Of a stretch of DNA of 64,000 nucleotides, positions 15,014-28,030 are shown piece after piece (the stretch's first letter is position 1; each line of letters starts with the position of its first letter). Made by a program: the position numbers and the translations under genes. This DNA comes from the human T2T-CHM13v2.0 reference genome, Homo sapiens. The notes below the pieces were generated by a model, which saw only the letters and a list, made by a program, of their open reading frames with translations, did no database searches and was not told the origin of the DNA. The stretch lies in assembly GCF_009914755.1 (NCBI RefSeq), contig NC_060926.1; one strand, written 5' to 3'.

Positions 15014-17639
15014 CTCTAGAGAAAGTTGAGGTTCAGAGATTTGCATTTGGGAATTACCATCACATAGAAGGCAGCCAAAGTGTTAGATTACCTAGGAACA
15101 CCAACACCTAGAGAGTGCAGATAGAGAAAAGGCTCAAAAGCGAGCCCAGGGCACTCCAAAAGTCACAGGTTGAATGGAGGAGGAAAAGCCAGCGAGAGAC
15201 TGGGAAAGAGTGAGCAGACACATTAGAGAATGTGGGGTGTGAGAAATCAAAGCAGCTAAGACACAAAGTGATTTCAGGACTCTGGAAGGCCCCATGGCTA
15301 AGTCTTGAAATACGAGCTGGCAAACAAAGGGAAAAGGGTATTCTGTTAGGGACAGAAGCAGCAAAGGAAAGAGAGCAAGGGTGTGTGGAGGGGTCCAGAG
15401 AGTGTGGATTGAATGCAGTAGCTGAGGGGTGCAGGGGGGATGGTCCAGGTGGGGCCACTGGAGCTCAGAGAGTCTCATGCCCATGCTCAGGACTTGGGGT
15501 TTTATTCTGTGGGTCAGTGGTCTCAGCCACATTTGCAGCCATGGCATTAGACTTGCGTTCCCATGCACCATGCTTCCCTACTCACGCTGGGGTCAGATAC
15601 AGTCCTGTTCACCAGGGCTAGTGCCTGCTTTCTCTCCTACTCAAGAACAAAGAGTGAGAATCAGGATCTTTTAGGGAGAGTTGTTCCATATTGCAAACAA
15701 AAATCTCATTTCTAAATTTTAATTTCTATTAATAATGAATTACTGGCAGTACACCTCACAGGTGATTGCAACTTATGCCTTGGTGTGTCCCAAGGCAGCA
15801 GCTGAGAACTTCTGCTGTGGGCCTGGTGGGGCAGCCTAGAAGGCTTCCAGGAGGAAAGAGGCAGCATCCTGCTGCACTTTTGAGAGGCAGCCCCAGCAGT
15901 GTGGAGGGTGTCTCTGCCTGCTGGTTGTGGACTCCTGTCCTGGACCACTCCTCCAGCCCCTCAGTCCCTCTGCACCCTTTCATCTTTTAGTTTCACCTTC
16001 CATGATACACAGATCAAAAGCTGTACCCTGCTTGATGGCTCAAGATTCCTATATAGTCTTCTTTGTCCGCAGATTATTAATTAACACTTTACTATGCCAA
16101 ACACATGCATTACAGATCCCACCGACAGTCAGAGAAGGGTGTGAACAGAACACAGCAGGTGTGAGCTCAGTAACTTTAAGCTCCACTCATGCATGTTTTT
16201 CTAATGACATACCATGGGCACCATTGCCCAGATGAGATCTGGACACTCAGGTGGTTTGGGGCCTGGGAGACAGTGCTGGGAGTTGCCAGGGTAAAGGAGA
16301 GCATGATGCAGTCTTTAGACCTGATCTTCTCTGCATAGGTCTGAATCTCACGGCTGCCCCCATACCCACAGGCTGCAGGCTGCTCAGAGGAAACCTGAGA
16401 TGTTGAGGCCGAGGTCCCGGCTCCATCTCCATGCCTTTATTCTTTTATTCACTCAAGTTATCAACATATTGAGGGCTTATTCTATGCCAGACATGACTTA
16501 TCAGTGGTTAAAAAAAAGGACACAGCCCCTGATCTCACAAAGCATACAGTCCAAGGGAGAAGACAAATATTAAACATACCAGTAAGTAAATTATTTGAAA
16601 CTGCAAGTGCCACAAAAGGAAAGCACCAGGTTCTATTGGAGAGGACTGTAGGGTGTCTCTGGCATTTGGAGAAAGTGACATTTAGGCTGCCTAAGGCCGC
16701 TTACTACTTCTTGGCTAAAGAGACCTTGCCTGGCCCTGCCTCTTTGGGTGACTGGTTGTAGATGGGCCAGGCAGGAAAGGACCAACTGGCATGGTGGACA
16801 GGGGCCACTGCTCTGGGACTCAAAAGACTTAGTTAAGCCCTTGAGGGGGGCACTTGATGTCCCCAGCCTTTCGTTTTCAAGCAGTGAGAAAAATCCCTGC
16901 TGGAATTGCCTTCTGGAGCTCAGACAAGGTCTCACTGGTGAATGTGTTCTGGGAACCATGTGACACCACGTAAATACATGATGTTATCACATACAGAAAT
17001 GTCATTGTTGCACCAGCTCCATGCCAGGCGCTGGGGGAGATTCAATGGTGTACAAGACCTAGCCCTGATTCACAAGGCCCCTGACCTAATGGTGAGCTGG
17101 AGCTACGCGTACAAGGCAAGAGCCTGTGCGTGACGTTTCCCCCAGCAGTGTCCACAGGCGGTGATAGCCGAGCGGTATCTGGAAACAGCAAACAGATTCC
17201 CTTTGCTTCTTGAAGAAGCCGCACCCTGGCTTTGGTCCTGCTGCCCCCATCCATTGACAATGTAATGATATCTAGAAACTCCAGGTGGATTGCGACTCCC
17301 TGGGATCAAACCCTTCAGTGCTCACTTGGTCCCTTGAGGAAGCCACACTCTGGTCCCACAGCCCTGGTCCCAGATGGTGGTGGTTGGGCTGCCTCCTGCC
17401 GTGGGCCCCTGGAAGCGTGAGCTTCACATTCCTCATGTTGGCAGGCCCCCTGCCTGGTTTGCCTCCCTGCCTTTAACCTCTGGAGTCATGATTTTGCAGA
17501 GCTCTGCTTCTTTCCATTGTCCACACTTCTCATCCCATATGTTATTTACTGTTTTCTCTGTGCTGAATTCATTTCTCACACATACCCCCTTTTCTGCACT
17601 TAGCAGGCACCATTCGGAATATTTCTTTATGTCTGTAAA

Positions 17640-17960
17640 GAGGACTCTTTAGTTACAAGTCACTGAAATCTGATCAAACCAGCTGAAAGTGGATGTGATT
17701 GTTGTGGTTGTTCTTTGAGGGGCCAGTATGGACTTACAATGCTGGGAAATTCAGGAAGTGAATCTGGCTTCAGGCACAGGGTATGTCATCCGGAAGCTGT
17801 CTCTTCTATTGATGGTCTCTGTTTCCTCCACGAGAGGCTTTATTCTCAGGCTGACTCCCCTGGGGTGGTGCACAGCTGCTGTCAGCTCCAGATTACGTTA
17901 ATGAGGAGGGGGCACTTCTTTTCCAGTAGCTTCAGCAAAAGTTCTGGGACTGACTTGGCC
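17640..17960 (-). mobile_element. Old MLT1 (J-like) MaLR LTR fragment
   Basis: ttagttacaagtcactgaaatc and tctggcttcaggcacagg...ctttattctcaggctg resemble antisense MLT1J. Confidence 0.55.
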
Positions 17961-19004
17961 CAATTCCGGAAGAGGGGAGACAGAACAGCAACAGATTCTA
18001 CTGAACATGATTGCAAGGGTCCCTTCCATGGAATGAAGGGAGCCCAGCCCTGTAGGCCCTGAGGATTGCTGTTCCTTGGACACCATATCTTTATAGCAGG
18101 TCTCAGTTCCCCCAGCTCTAAAGTTTGGGTTGAAACACCAGCTGTTTTCTAAGCTTAATACTACATTTACAAATGCTTTGGACACAGAGCAAAGGGTGGG
18201 GAAATACGATATTTTTTCCCTGACGTACTTCTCTTTTTGAAGATAATTGGTGAGGATGGGAATTCACATTTGAAATCAATATTTTGGAAGACTTAATGGC
18301 AGCATGACAATTGCACATTTGTGGATCTCCAAAAGGGCAGCTCTGTGCAAATCAGAGAAGATAGAGCAAAAATCGGTAATTTCAAGTCTTGTTTGAGACA
18401 GATCATTCACAGAGAATTTTAACAAGCAAGGAAGCTGCTAGGAGGGACTCCCTTTCATGTTAGTTTTTCTTGTAAGATTCTTGATAGCAGATTCAGGGTG
18501 CAGCTGTTGAAAAGAGGGTTCATCAATTTAAAAGCTGCAGTGACTTCCCTTGCCTATAGAAATCAATTTATTCTTATTATTTTTTCACCAAGATATGTAA
18601 AGCCCTTTGCAATCTGGCCCAATCTGCATTCCTGTTCACTTTGCTACAAACAGCCATTGTCCTGGGAATGTTGCTTGTTTTCTAACATTTCTTCGTGCCA
18701 CCCATGTTAATGGGCACCCACGATGTGGCAGGCCCTGTTCTAGGCACAGAGCAGACAGTGGTGAGTAGAGCCACACCCCTTCCTCTGCGTGTTGTCCTCA
18801 GGGACAGAAGGAGCAAGGTACAGCAGCGAGGCCCCGGCGTGGACTCAGACAGCAGGGGCAGAATGAGGCTCAGCCACGTGCCAGCTCTGTGACTCTGCAG
18901 AAATAATTTCTCTTCTCTAAGCCTCAGTTTTCCCTTTTATAAAATGGAGTCAGAATGTCTATTTTTAGCTTTGATGCCAGAATTAATAAGAAAATATGTG
19001 TAAG

Positions 19005-19365
<361 letters not shown>

Positions 19366-20299
19366 TTATAATTAAATTCAACCTCCCTCTGCCCAGACCC
19401 TCCTTCCTCATTGGGCTTGTTGGTCAGTTTGGACACAGAGCCCCTGAACACAGGGTGTCTTCTTGGGAATGAGGTTCTAAAGTCGTCTTCTCTGATGCGT
19501 GAGAAACTCTGATTTCATTAGTCAGGGGAAGCATAAGACTTTGAAGTAAGAGCGGTGTTGCGATTGGAACTGGGGTTCCAAGTAGGCAGCTCTTGCCGTA
19601 ATCACACAAAAAGTGATGGGAGAGGAGGTAGTGAGTGGAGGTGAGCAACCTCAAAGTAGCCTGTGCTGTGAGCAGGAGGGGGAGATTTTGAACCTGGGGG
19701 AGAAGCGGTGCTGCATTGGAAGAATGGGAAAGGTAAGAGAAGGGAGGTGGTTTAAGGGGGAAGGTATGGAGTTCCGTTTTAGCCAAGAATTCTCGAAAGC
19801 TCTCTTAGTCATTTGTCGCTATCAAGGGATGAGGTGATAGGACAGGTTGTTTCAGTCCTCCTTAGCTCACGACTCAGTCACATGAAGCCCTTGGCACAGG
19901 ATGCTGAAGAATGCAGCAGCCTGTGGACTCCAGCAAAGCAGCCGAAGGGGGCAAGGCACGAGTCACTTGGTGCCCTTACCACTGCCCCTGGGCACTCAGC
20001 AGGGTCTTCTTGGGCCCTGAGTTCCCCACAGGGTGAAGAATGCTGTATAGTGGACCATGGCTTGGCTGTTAGCTGGGTCCCAGCTCTGCTTGACTATGTA
20101 AAGAGGGAAGCCTAGGTGTTGCGACTTTGGACAGGCAGTGCTCTCACCCCACACCTGGGCTCTGTCTCCTGAAGCCTTTGTCCAGTTGCTTTGGCCAGAA
20201 GCTAGGAGTGCTCTTTCCTGGCTGCCACAGAGGGGGTGGGACTTGTACATACTGACATATTGGCATATTTACTCAATACATTATGAGAACAGAGCCTTG

Positions 20300-20572
20300 C
20301 ATCCTTTTGGCTCATTTACTTTATCTTACTTAGTGAGATACATTTTAATAATACCTGACACTCAGCACCGTTATGGTCAGCAGTTGCTGAGCCAATGTGT
20401 GGATGAAATTTTACCCTCTTGTCAATGTTCCCATTACCTATAAATACTTGAATACTATCCTCTCTAGAGTTCACAAAAGGACTTTAAGACAGTGTCTGTA
20501 TGGCAAAATGGATGAAGATGATGGGCATATAGCAGGGAAGATGCCCAGCAGGCAGCTGAGAAAGTGGATCTG
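20300..20572 (+). repeat. Local dispersed duplicate A, copy 1 (probable donor)
   Basis: Closely matches 21626-21851. The ORF track shows the shared peptide ILSRVHKRTLRQCLYGKMDEDDG in both places. Confidence 0.95.
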
Positions 20573-20761
20573 GAGCCAGGAGTCACAGTGATGGCTGATG
20601 GCCCGGCTCTGGGGGCAGTCATCCTAGCAGATGATGGAAGAAAGAATGAGCTCTTCAGGCAAAATATGTAAAGACAGAGGAGGAAGAAGAGGCAGAGAGG
20701 AGAGGGAGCAGAACAGAAGGGAGAAGAGAGGCACGGTTCCTTAGTAGCCTTACCTCTGACT

Positions 20762-20799
20762 CTAACCCTAACCCTGATTCTAACCCTAACCCTAACCCT
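20762..20799. repeat. Short interstitial telomere-like repeat (CCCTAA)n
   Basis: ctaaccctaaccctgattctaaccctaaccctaaccct. Confidence 0.85.
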
Positions 20800-20974
20800 G
20801 CTCTTGGATGTGATGGAGCCAGAAAGGAGGTTTTATGGATGTGTAAGTCAAGGAAAGCCATTATAATTTGGTCCTGGAGAGCCGTGACCAAAGAGTAGGG
20901 CTCAGAGCCAGATCTCAGAAGGTTAGGCTGAGAGCTGGGGATTAAGGAGTGGAGATGGTGTATGTAGCAAAGTG

Positions 20975-21190
20975 ACCATCCTGCTAAACAGCCTGAGAAT
21001 GAGGCTTTTGTATGGAATAGGGCGGGACAAAGAAAAGCTCAGTGAAGCAGAGCCAGGCTCCTGGAACCCATAGCTGGAGTCACTGTCCTTCTGGACTTCT
21101 TGGTATGTGAAGACACACGCTTACTGTTCAAGACTACTGGAGTCGGGGTTTTCTGTTTCCTGCAGCTAAATACATCTTAACTGGATCCAC
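20975..21190 (+). mobile_element. Old MLT1 MaLR LTR 3' fragment
   Basis: ttctggacttcttggtatgtgaag...gagtcggggttttctgtttcctgcagctaaatacatcttaactg matches an MLT1 3' end. Confidence 0.6.
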
Positions 21191-21625
21191 TCTTTACCAG
21201 AAAGTAAACTCCACGGGGCAGGAACCTCAACAATCTCATTCATTTTTGAATACCTAGGGCCCAGGATAGTGCCCAGCCCATACAGATAAATATGGTTGGA
21301 TGAAATATCTGTAATAAGGTGGTTCTAATAATGTTATTAGTAGAGAGTGGTGAAGTTGATTAGACAAAGAAACAGGTACCTACCTTTGGGGGCTTCTCTG
21401 AAATCACAATTTCCCTGTGAGGGACCCAGAATGTGAGGGCTAAGAGGGCATCAGCTACTGCCAGACAGCGTCATGTACGGCACCATCTCTTGTCTGTCAC
21501 TTCAGGGGCATTTTTCTTGAACAAAAGGCCCAGAACAATGGTTATTAGCCAGAGATGAATAGGAAAACTACTCGTGCCTGTTTGAACTATGTAACTACAG
21601 AAAGATGTTGTTGATGTCTCGGCAA

Positions 21626-21851
21626 CATCTTCTGGCTCATTTACTTTATCTTACTTAGTGAGATACATTTTAATAATACCTGGCATTCAGCACCAATATG
21701 GTCAACAGTTGGTTGCCTATAAATACTTGAATGCTATCCTTTCTAGAGTTCACAAAAGGACTTTAAGACAGTGTCTGTATGGCAAAATGGATGAAGATGA
21801 TGGGTATATGGCAGGGAAGATGCCCAGCAGGCAGCTGAGACAGTGGATCTG
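21626..21851 (+). repeat. Local dispersed duplicate A, copy 2 (lacks ~47 bp present in copy 1)
   Basis: tggctcatttactttatcttacttagtgagatacatttt...gtggatctg repeated from 20300-20572. Confidence 0.95.
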
Positions 21852-21875
21852 AAGAGATGTGATTATGAGTTAGTT

Positions 21876-22082
21876 CTGCACCATCCACTGGAAATATAAT
21901 GCCACCTACATCAGAAAATTAAAGTTTTCTAGTAATCACATTAAAAAAAGGAAAAAGAAAGGTGAAATTAAATTTAGTAATGCTACTTTATTTTTGGATA
22001 CAAATGTATCCAAAATATTATTTCAGTGTGTAATCAATATAAGAAATGATTAATGAAGTAATCTACATCCTTTTTTTCCATG
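21876..22082. mobile_element. MER33 fragment
   Basis: gaaatataatg...ttttctagtaatcacattaaaaaaaggaaaaagaaaggtgaaattaa...tgtaatcaatataag. Confidence 0.75.
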
Positions 22083-22598
22083 AGTTACTGTGGCTGAACT
22101 TTGAAATCCGAGTTGCCAGAGGAAGGGGTACGATGGAAAGACTCAGCCTTGAGGGCGTCTCTGATTCTAGCTAGACCAGTCACTTGCTCTTTGTACATTG
22201 GCCATTTATTTCCCTCTCTGGGCTTCCATTGCTTCATCTACCGAAGGCCCTACATACATAGTGGCCTGAAGCTTCAGAACAAATATGTGCTGTAGGTACT
22301 TGTACCTCATATGATCTGGGAGGAAACTGAGGCTTTAAGAGGTTGAGTACCTTGCGGTAGGTCTCACACGGTGTAAAGGCGGAGGCAAGATGGAACCCAG
22401 GTTTTCCCGACCCTGGAGGGGTGCTCTTTCCCCATCATTGCTCTTTAAACTCTCTCCTTCCTTTTGGACCAGAGAACATTTCACTCTTCTAGGAGCAGAG
22501 ACTTCCCAGGAAGTAAACGCCTGCTTTCCTTCTCGCTCAAGATCCTGGTCAGAGCTTAAGACATTTCCTCTCAAATCTCACAAACAGAATCCAATGGA

Positions 22599-22887
22599 GG
22601 CCGGGTGTGGTGGCTCATGCCTGCAATCCTAGCACTTTGGGAGGCTGAGGTGGGCGGATCACGAGGTCAGGAGATAGAGACCATCCTGGTTAACACAGCA
22701 AAACCCTGTCTCTACTAAAAATACAAAAAATTAGCCAGGCATGGTGGTGGGCGCCTGTAGTCCCAGCTACTCAGGAGGCTGAGGCAGGAGAATGGCGTGA
22801 ACCCGGGAGTCAGAGCTTGCAGTGAGCCGAGATTGTGCCACTACTCCAGCCTGGGCAACAGAGCGAGACTCCGCCTAAAAAAAAAAA
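22599..22887 (+). mobile_element. AluY SINE
   Basis: AluY-diagnostic gatcacgaggtcaggagat..gaccatcctgg and gaatggcgtgaacccggga..gagcttgcag. TSD aatccaatgga (22588-22598) / aatccagtgga (22888-22898). Confidence 0.96.
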
Positions 22888-24769
22888 AATCCAGTGGAAA
22901 CCTGGGAGGAGGCAAGGTGGGGCTTTGGGGTCTGGGGAAGGTATCCAGTGCCCATGTGTTTTTTTCTAAGTGGCCTTGCCTTAGAACGCAGAGGAAGGAC
23001 TTACTGCCTTAAACCAAGGAGGTCAGGGCTTTGCTTGACATCTGTAGTGAAGTCATCTCTTCACTGTCAGTAAGACTCTGTCCTTGCTAACAGTTCACTG
23101 GTGACTTCATATCCACCGCTGCAGGGCCCTGGGAGGAATACATTGTTTTGTAGGAAGGGAGACCAAATTTTACTTCAGCCTAGTGGTGGACCTTTCTGCT
23201 TAGCAATACTGTGGGAAATTCAAAGGCAAAATTAGCTTGAGCATTGTTGGCTCAAATAATTTCTTCTTAGTGGAGTGAGTGAAACATGGTAATTTAGTAA
23301 TTGACAACCATTTTTCCAATAATAACTGAAATAATAATTCATAATTAGAAGAGGTCTAATATAGGAAGGCATTGAAACCAGATGCAAAACATTTACCCTC
23401 CCTACTGCCACCCCTTACTTCCTTTATTCCCACTGACTAATTTGAAATATTTCACATTTCCTTTTCTCCTGAACAAAGATGAAGAGGGCTATTTTACCCT
23501 TCAGTAAAAATAAGTATAATTTTCTTCTAGCAGGCTCACCAGCAGCTCGCCACTGCTAACTTACCACAAAGGCCAATTAATAGACAATCACCATTGTTTC
23601 CTAATCTCACCTACCGTGTGAGTGGCTATGTGTTGAAATGAAGTTGATCTGAGAGGGACCAGTTCTGGGCTGAGCTGCTCTCCTTTTCACAGAAAGCATA
23701 ATGCCCACCTGAGGGGATTCCAGAGAGGCAGGTGGCTGGTTCCTCATTAGCTCACCGAGCCCTGCTCTGTCCTCATTGCTTTGACAGAGACTTGAGAGGC
23801 GTGGCAGCTCCAGCTTTGAAGGTGTCTGTAATTAAGCACTTGCCGCTGGTGCCCTGGGCTTCCCAGGGTGAGCCTCGGGATGAAGGGCCCTCTCGTGGGT
23901 GGCGTGGCTCTGTGGTGGCAGAAGAATGTGCAGAAGTGGTTAATGTAGCTTCTAATTTCTGAGATAACTCCTGCGCACCAAAGACTTAGCATCCCGGGAA
24001 TTTATTCTCAACATTAATGGAAATAATTTGAGAAACCACTTTCAGCTGTCCATGCTCATGGGCCCTTCTGTTTCATACTGCCTACACCCAATTAACTAAT
24101 CATTTTTATAGCAGGAACAACTTAACCTGAAAGGAGAACAAGCTATGTGCTGAAAGGTAGGAGGAAGCAAGTCCTCTGGGAGTTTCTGCTGTTCTAGTGA
24201 GAGAGGCTGAGGGCAAGAGCAGGCCTGAGCTCTCTCACTTACAGACCTACCTTCTTCAAGGGGCAGGCTGGGGTGGCGGTGGGGATCTGAGTGGGGGTAG
24301 CTGGTGCTGCATCTCTCCAGGCAGAGATGTGAGGCTGCTACCACCAGGATATGGGGATGGCGAGACAGGGACAGGAGCAGAAGTGAGATTCCCGTCTGTC
24401 TTGCAGTATGCACTGTGCCGCTGACCATTGAGGGGCACCATGGAAAGGCTGAAAAGGGAGAAGGATGGTCCTTTCTGATCTTCTGTAGTGCCAGGCTCCT
24501 GTGAAGTCTGGTAGCCAAGCTAAGAGATCACAGACCAAGAAGACTAGGATGCAACCTCTTTGTTTTTTCTTCTAAGTCCTTGTGGTTATTATCAGTGTTG
24601 ACCTCAAATGTAGGCATTTTTGGTACCCTAGTATACCTTCCCACCAGAGGTGACAGATGCAATACCTGTAACTCCACCATTTGGAGTCCCAGGCAGAATA
24701 CAATCCCCCTGGGAAGAGCAGTGCTGTTAACCAGGATCTCTATGGATCCAGCAAGACCTGGTCAAGGCA

Positions 24770-27150
24770 CTGTAGCTTGGGACTCAGGATAGGCATCAGA
24801 AAGGAGAAGCAACAAAGAACCACAGAAGGAGATCTATAGTACACCCATGTTGTGAAGTAAGAGTGTGTGATCTAGAGAAAATAGAGCAAGGGGATGTCGG
24901 TGGGGAAGAGTGGGGTGGGGGTGTTACTTTGCATTGCATGATCAGGAAAGGCCTTTTTGAAAAAGTAACACTTGAGAAAGGACTGAAAGGAAGTGAGAGG
25001 GTGCATATATATATGCAGATATCTGTGGAGAAGCTTCCTGAGCTGGAGGAGCAGCAAATGAAATGGCCAGAAGACAGGATTGTGCGTGGGTTGTTTGTGG
25101 AAGAACAAGATCAATGTGGTTGAACTAGAGAGTGTGACCAGGAGCATTACAGGAAAGATGATCAGAGTTAGTGCACAGCCCCATGGGCCACTGTCAGGAA
25201 TTGGCTCTTGTCAGGATGGCTATGTGAAGAACTGAGTGGCATCATCATTCTGGCCATTGTGGTAAGTAGACCTCCGGGCACAAAGGAGAAGTGAGAAGCT
25301 GGGTTAGCAGGTTCCTGCATCAACACACTAGAGATAACATGTGTTTGGGTAGGATAGCAGGTGGGGAGATGGTGAGTGGCTTCTAGATGATTTTGAAGGT
25401 AGGTCCAACAGTAATTGCTAGTAGATTAGATATGGGATATTAAAGAAAGTGAGTGGTATGGGAGGACTGTGGTGTTTTTGGCAGCAGCAGCTGGTATGAT
25501 GGAGATGTTATTTACTAAGATGGGGAAGTCTGCAGGGGAAACCGGTGAGGGAGGTAGTGAACGTTGAGATTTTGATCGAATACTCAGTAGACACTCAGAT
25601 GGAGATGTCCAGTGGCCAGTTAGGTACACAAATTTGTAGTTCAATGGAGAGGTCAAGCTGGTGATCTACATTTGAGAGGTAATAGCATTATAAATGGTAT
25701 TTAAGGTGACCACTTTGGGAGTGGGCATAGATAGAAAAGAGAAGTCTGAGGACAACTCTGGGAGCTGGGGAGGACAGACAGGAAGGGTGGAGGAGAACCA
25801 AGAGAGAGCACTTTCCTGGAAGCAGGCAAAGAAAGCATTTTAAGAAGGAGGGAGAAATGGCTTGAAATCAGGCTGAAAGGTCAGGTTTAGATAAGGGCCT
25901 ACAATTGATCACTGGGTTCAGCAGCCTGGAGGTTGTCAGTTCCCTTGACAAGAGCAGTTTTGATGGAGCACTGGGCAGAAGCTGAGCTGGAGTGTGCTCA
26001 ACAGAGAAGCGAGGGGGGAAATGGGGAAGAGTTCCAACAGCTCTTTCTGAGTTTTGCTGAAAAGGGGAGAAGAATAATTCAAAGTAGCTAGAGGCAGATA
26101 TGGAGCCAAAAGCATTTTTTATTCATTTGTTTTCTTAAGATGGGGAAACAGCATCATGTTTGTACACCAATAGAAATAGACATGACCCACTAGCGAGTAG
26201 AGCGACTGATGATGATGGAGTGATGGGAGAGAACAATGCCATTGGGTAGGTGTGAGGGGCTGTGAGTGGGTGCAACCTCAGAGGACCAGAGACTGGCCAT
26301 AGCAGGGGCCCAGAGCCTCTGGAGCAGGAAGCAGGAAGGGTGCAGGATGCAGAAGGAGGCAGCAGGGGAGCTTGTGACAGTTTCTCAATGGCTTCTACCT
26401 TCCAGTAGGATGAGAGGCAGTAGAGGAGGAGAAACGTGAGAAGGAGTGGGAGAGTGAAAGGACTGGGTATGTAGTAGCCTCTTTAGGCAGCAGCAACAGT
26501 TAAAGTGAATAGCTGTGTTTCTGTCCAGCCACATTCCCCAACCACCAGGATTTGAGTGCGGCGATGTAGACCAAAGAATTGAACTAGGGTCAGGTTTTTC
26601 CAGGCAAAAACAATGAGGGGAAACCAGGGCAAGGACTGTGGGGATATGGTGTACACATGGGAGCGATGGTGAGAAACACGTGGAAGCGAGTGTGAGAGGA
26701 CAGGAGGCGGCTGAGATGAGACAGTGACCAGATAATCCATCAGTGAACTGAGAGTCCCACCACCATGGGAGACGAGGACCAAAAAGAGAAAGAAACATTC
26801 AGAAACAGTTGAAGAATATGGGGGATTTTGCCGAATCCTGGCTGGAGGTTTGAGAATGTGATGGGAGTTTTGGAGGTGAGAGGTGGGCTCGGCTTAGGGA
26901 TATAAAGAGCTGCAGGGGATGAGTCTCAGGGAGAAGTCCAGCATTATAGTGGGGTTGGGGCACTCAGGTTACACAGGGCAGGTGATGAGGTGGGCACTGG
27001 TGGGTGGAAGTCAGATGGTGGTGGCAGTGCTGTGAGTGTTGGGTGGAAAGAAGTGGGGAGGGGATTTTGCATGCCACATAGAGCCAGGTGGAGTCCTCTT
27101 CATGCCCTTTATTAGGGATTTGGGCACTGGGTGGTATTATTAGGATCACA
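24770..27150 (-). mobile_element. L2 LINE relic, ~2.4 kb
   Basis: Antisense L2 hallmarks (gagatgttatttactaagatggggaag; gatggagatgtccagtggccagttagg; ccttgacaagagcagttttgatggag). Minus ORF 26385-26798 is L2 ORF2-like. Confidence 0.8.
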
Positions 27151-27219
27151 GAGCTCTGAGGATCCTTCTTTCCCTCATGAACCAAGGATTGGGTATATAT
27201 AACTGCATACTGAGTATCT

Positions 27220-28030
27220 GCTTTGGGACATACCCTTAATTTTCAATTCAGTAATATCAAATCTGAATCTATTATGCCCCCCAGAAACCTCTTTTCCTAC
27301 TGTGATTTCTATGGGAAAATCCCCCTCCCGTCAACCTGTTGTGCAACAGGAAACCCAAGTTACCTCCCTGCCTGCTCTCTCTCCCCACTCCACATTCAGT
27401 CGCCCACCAAGTCCTTTTGATGAACACTCACTGGGTGTCCAAATCGGCCCGGGAGTCTCCCCTGGCACGCATGCTGCTCTAATGTGAATGACGATGACAG
27501 GGCTGCCCCCTTGGGTTGCTTCCTTCCCCGATTGCTCTACCACTCTTTCCGCCAGGGGCCACCATGATCTTCCTAACCCACACTGCTCATCTTGCCAATC
27601 CATTGGCCACCCTTGCCTGGAAGACAAAATCCAAATTACTGATTTAATGTGGCTGTCATGCCTTGTACTGGCTCTCATCCACCCCCACCGTTTTTTTCCT
27701 ACCCCACATTGCATTTTCAACCAACCCCATGCTGCATTGTCTCTGGAAGTCCACATCTTTCTCCAACACCGAGGGATGATTTTGAAGTAGGGAAGTCTTG
27801 TGGCTTCCCCTGCCCCTGCTCTCTATCCCGTATGCAATTTTGTTTTTCCCAAGGCACTCAGTGTCACTTGCCATTGTATATATTTATTTGTTAATTTGTC
27901 TGTCTCTGCACCTGAGGACGTAGCTGGAGTAGAGTCCAGTGTGTCTGTTTTGACCCTGGCTGTATTCCCAGAACCTAGAACAGGGCTCAGCCCCTGGAAA
28001 GCACTCAATAAATAGTTGTTGATGGATTGA
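27220..28030 (+). mobile_element. L2 fragment in sense orientation
   Basis: Pyrimidine-rich body ending cctagaacagggctcagcccctggaaagcactcaataaatagttgttgatggattga, the L2 3' terminus. Confidence 0.72.

Noticed and set aside
20138-21852. Two ORFs sharing the peptide ILSRVHKRTLRQCLYGKMDEDDG as a paralogous gene pair
   Set aside because: The shared peptide results from the DNA duplication. There is no recognisable protein family or splice structure, and part of it is L2-derived.
24641-24656. Possible CTCF site ccaccagaggtgacag
   Set aside because: It mismatches the conserved GGC part of the core, which is too weak to call from sequence alone.
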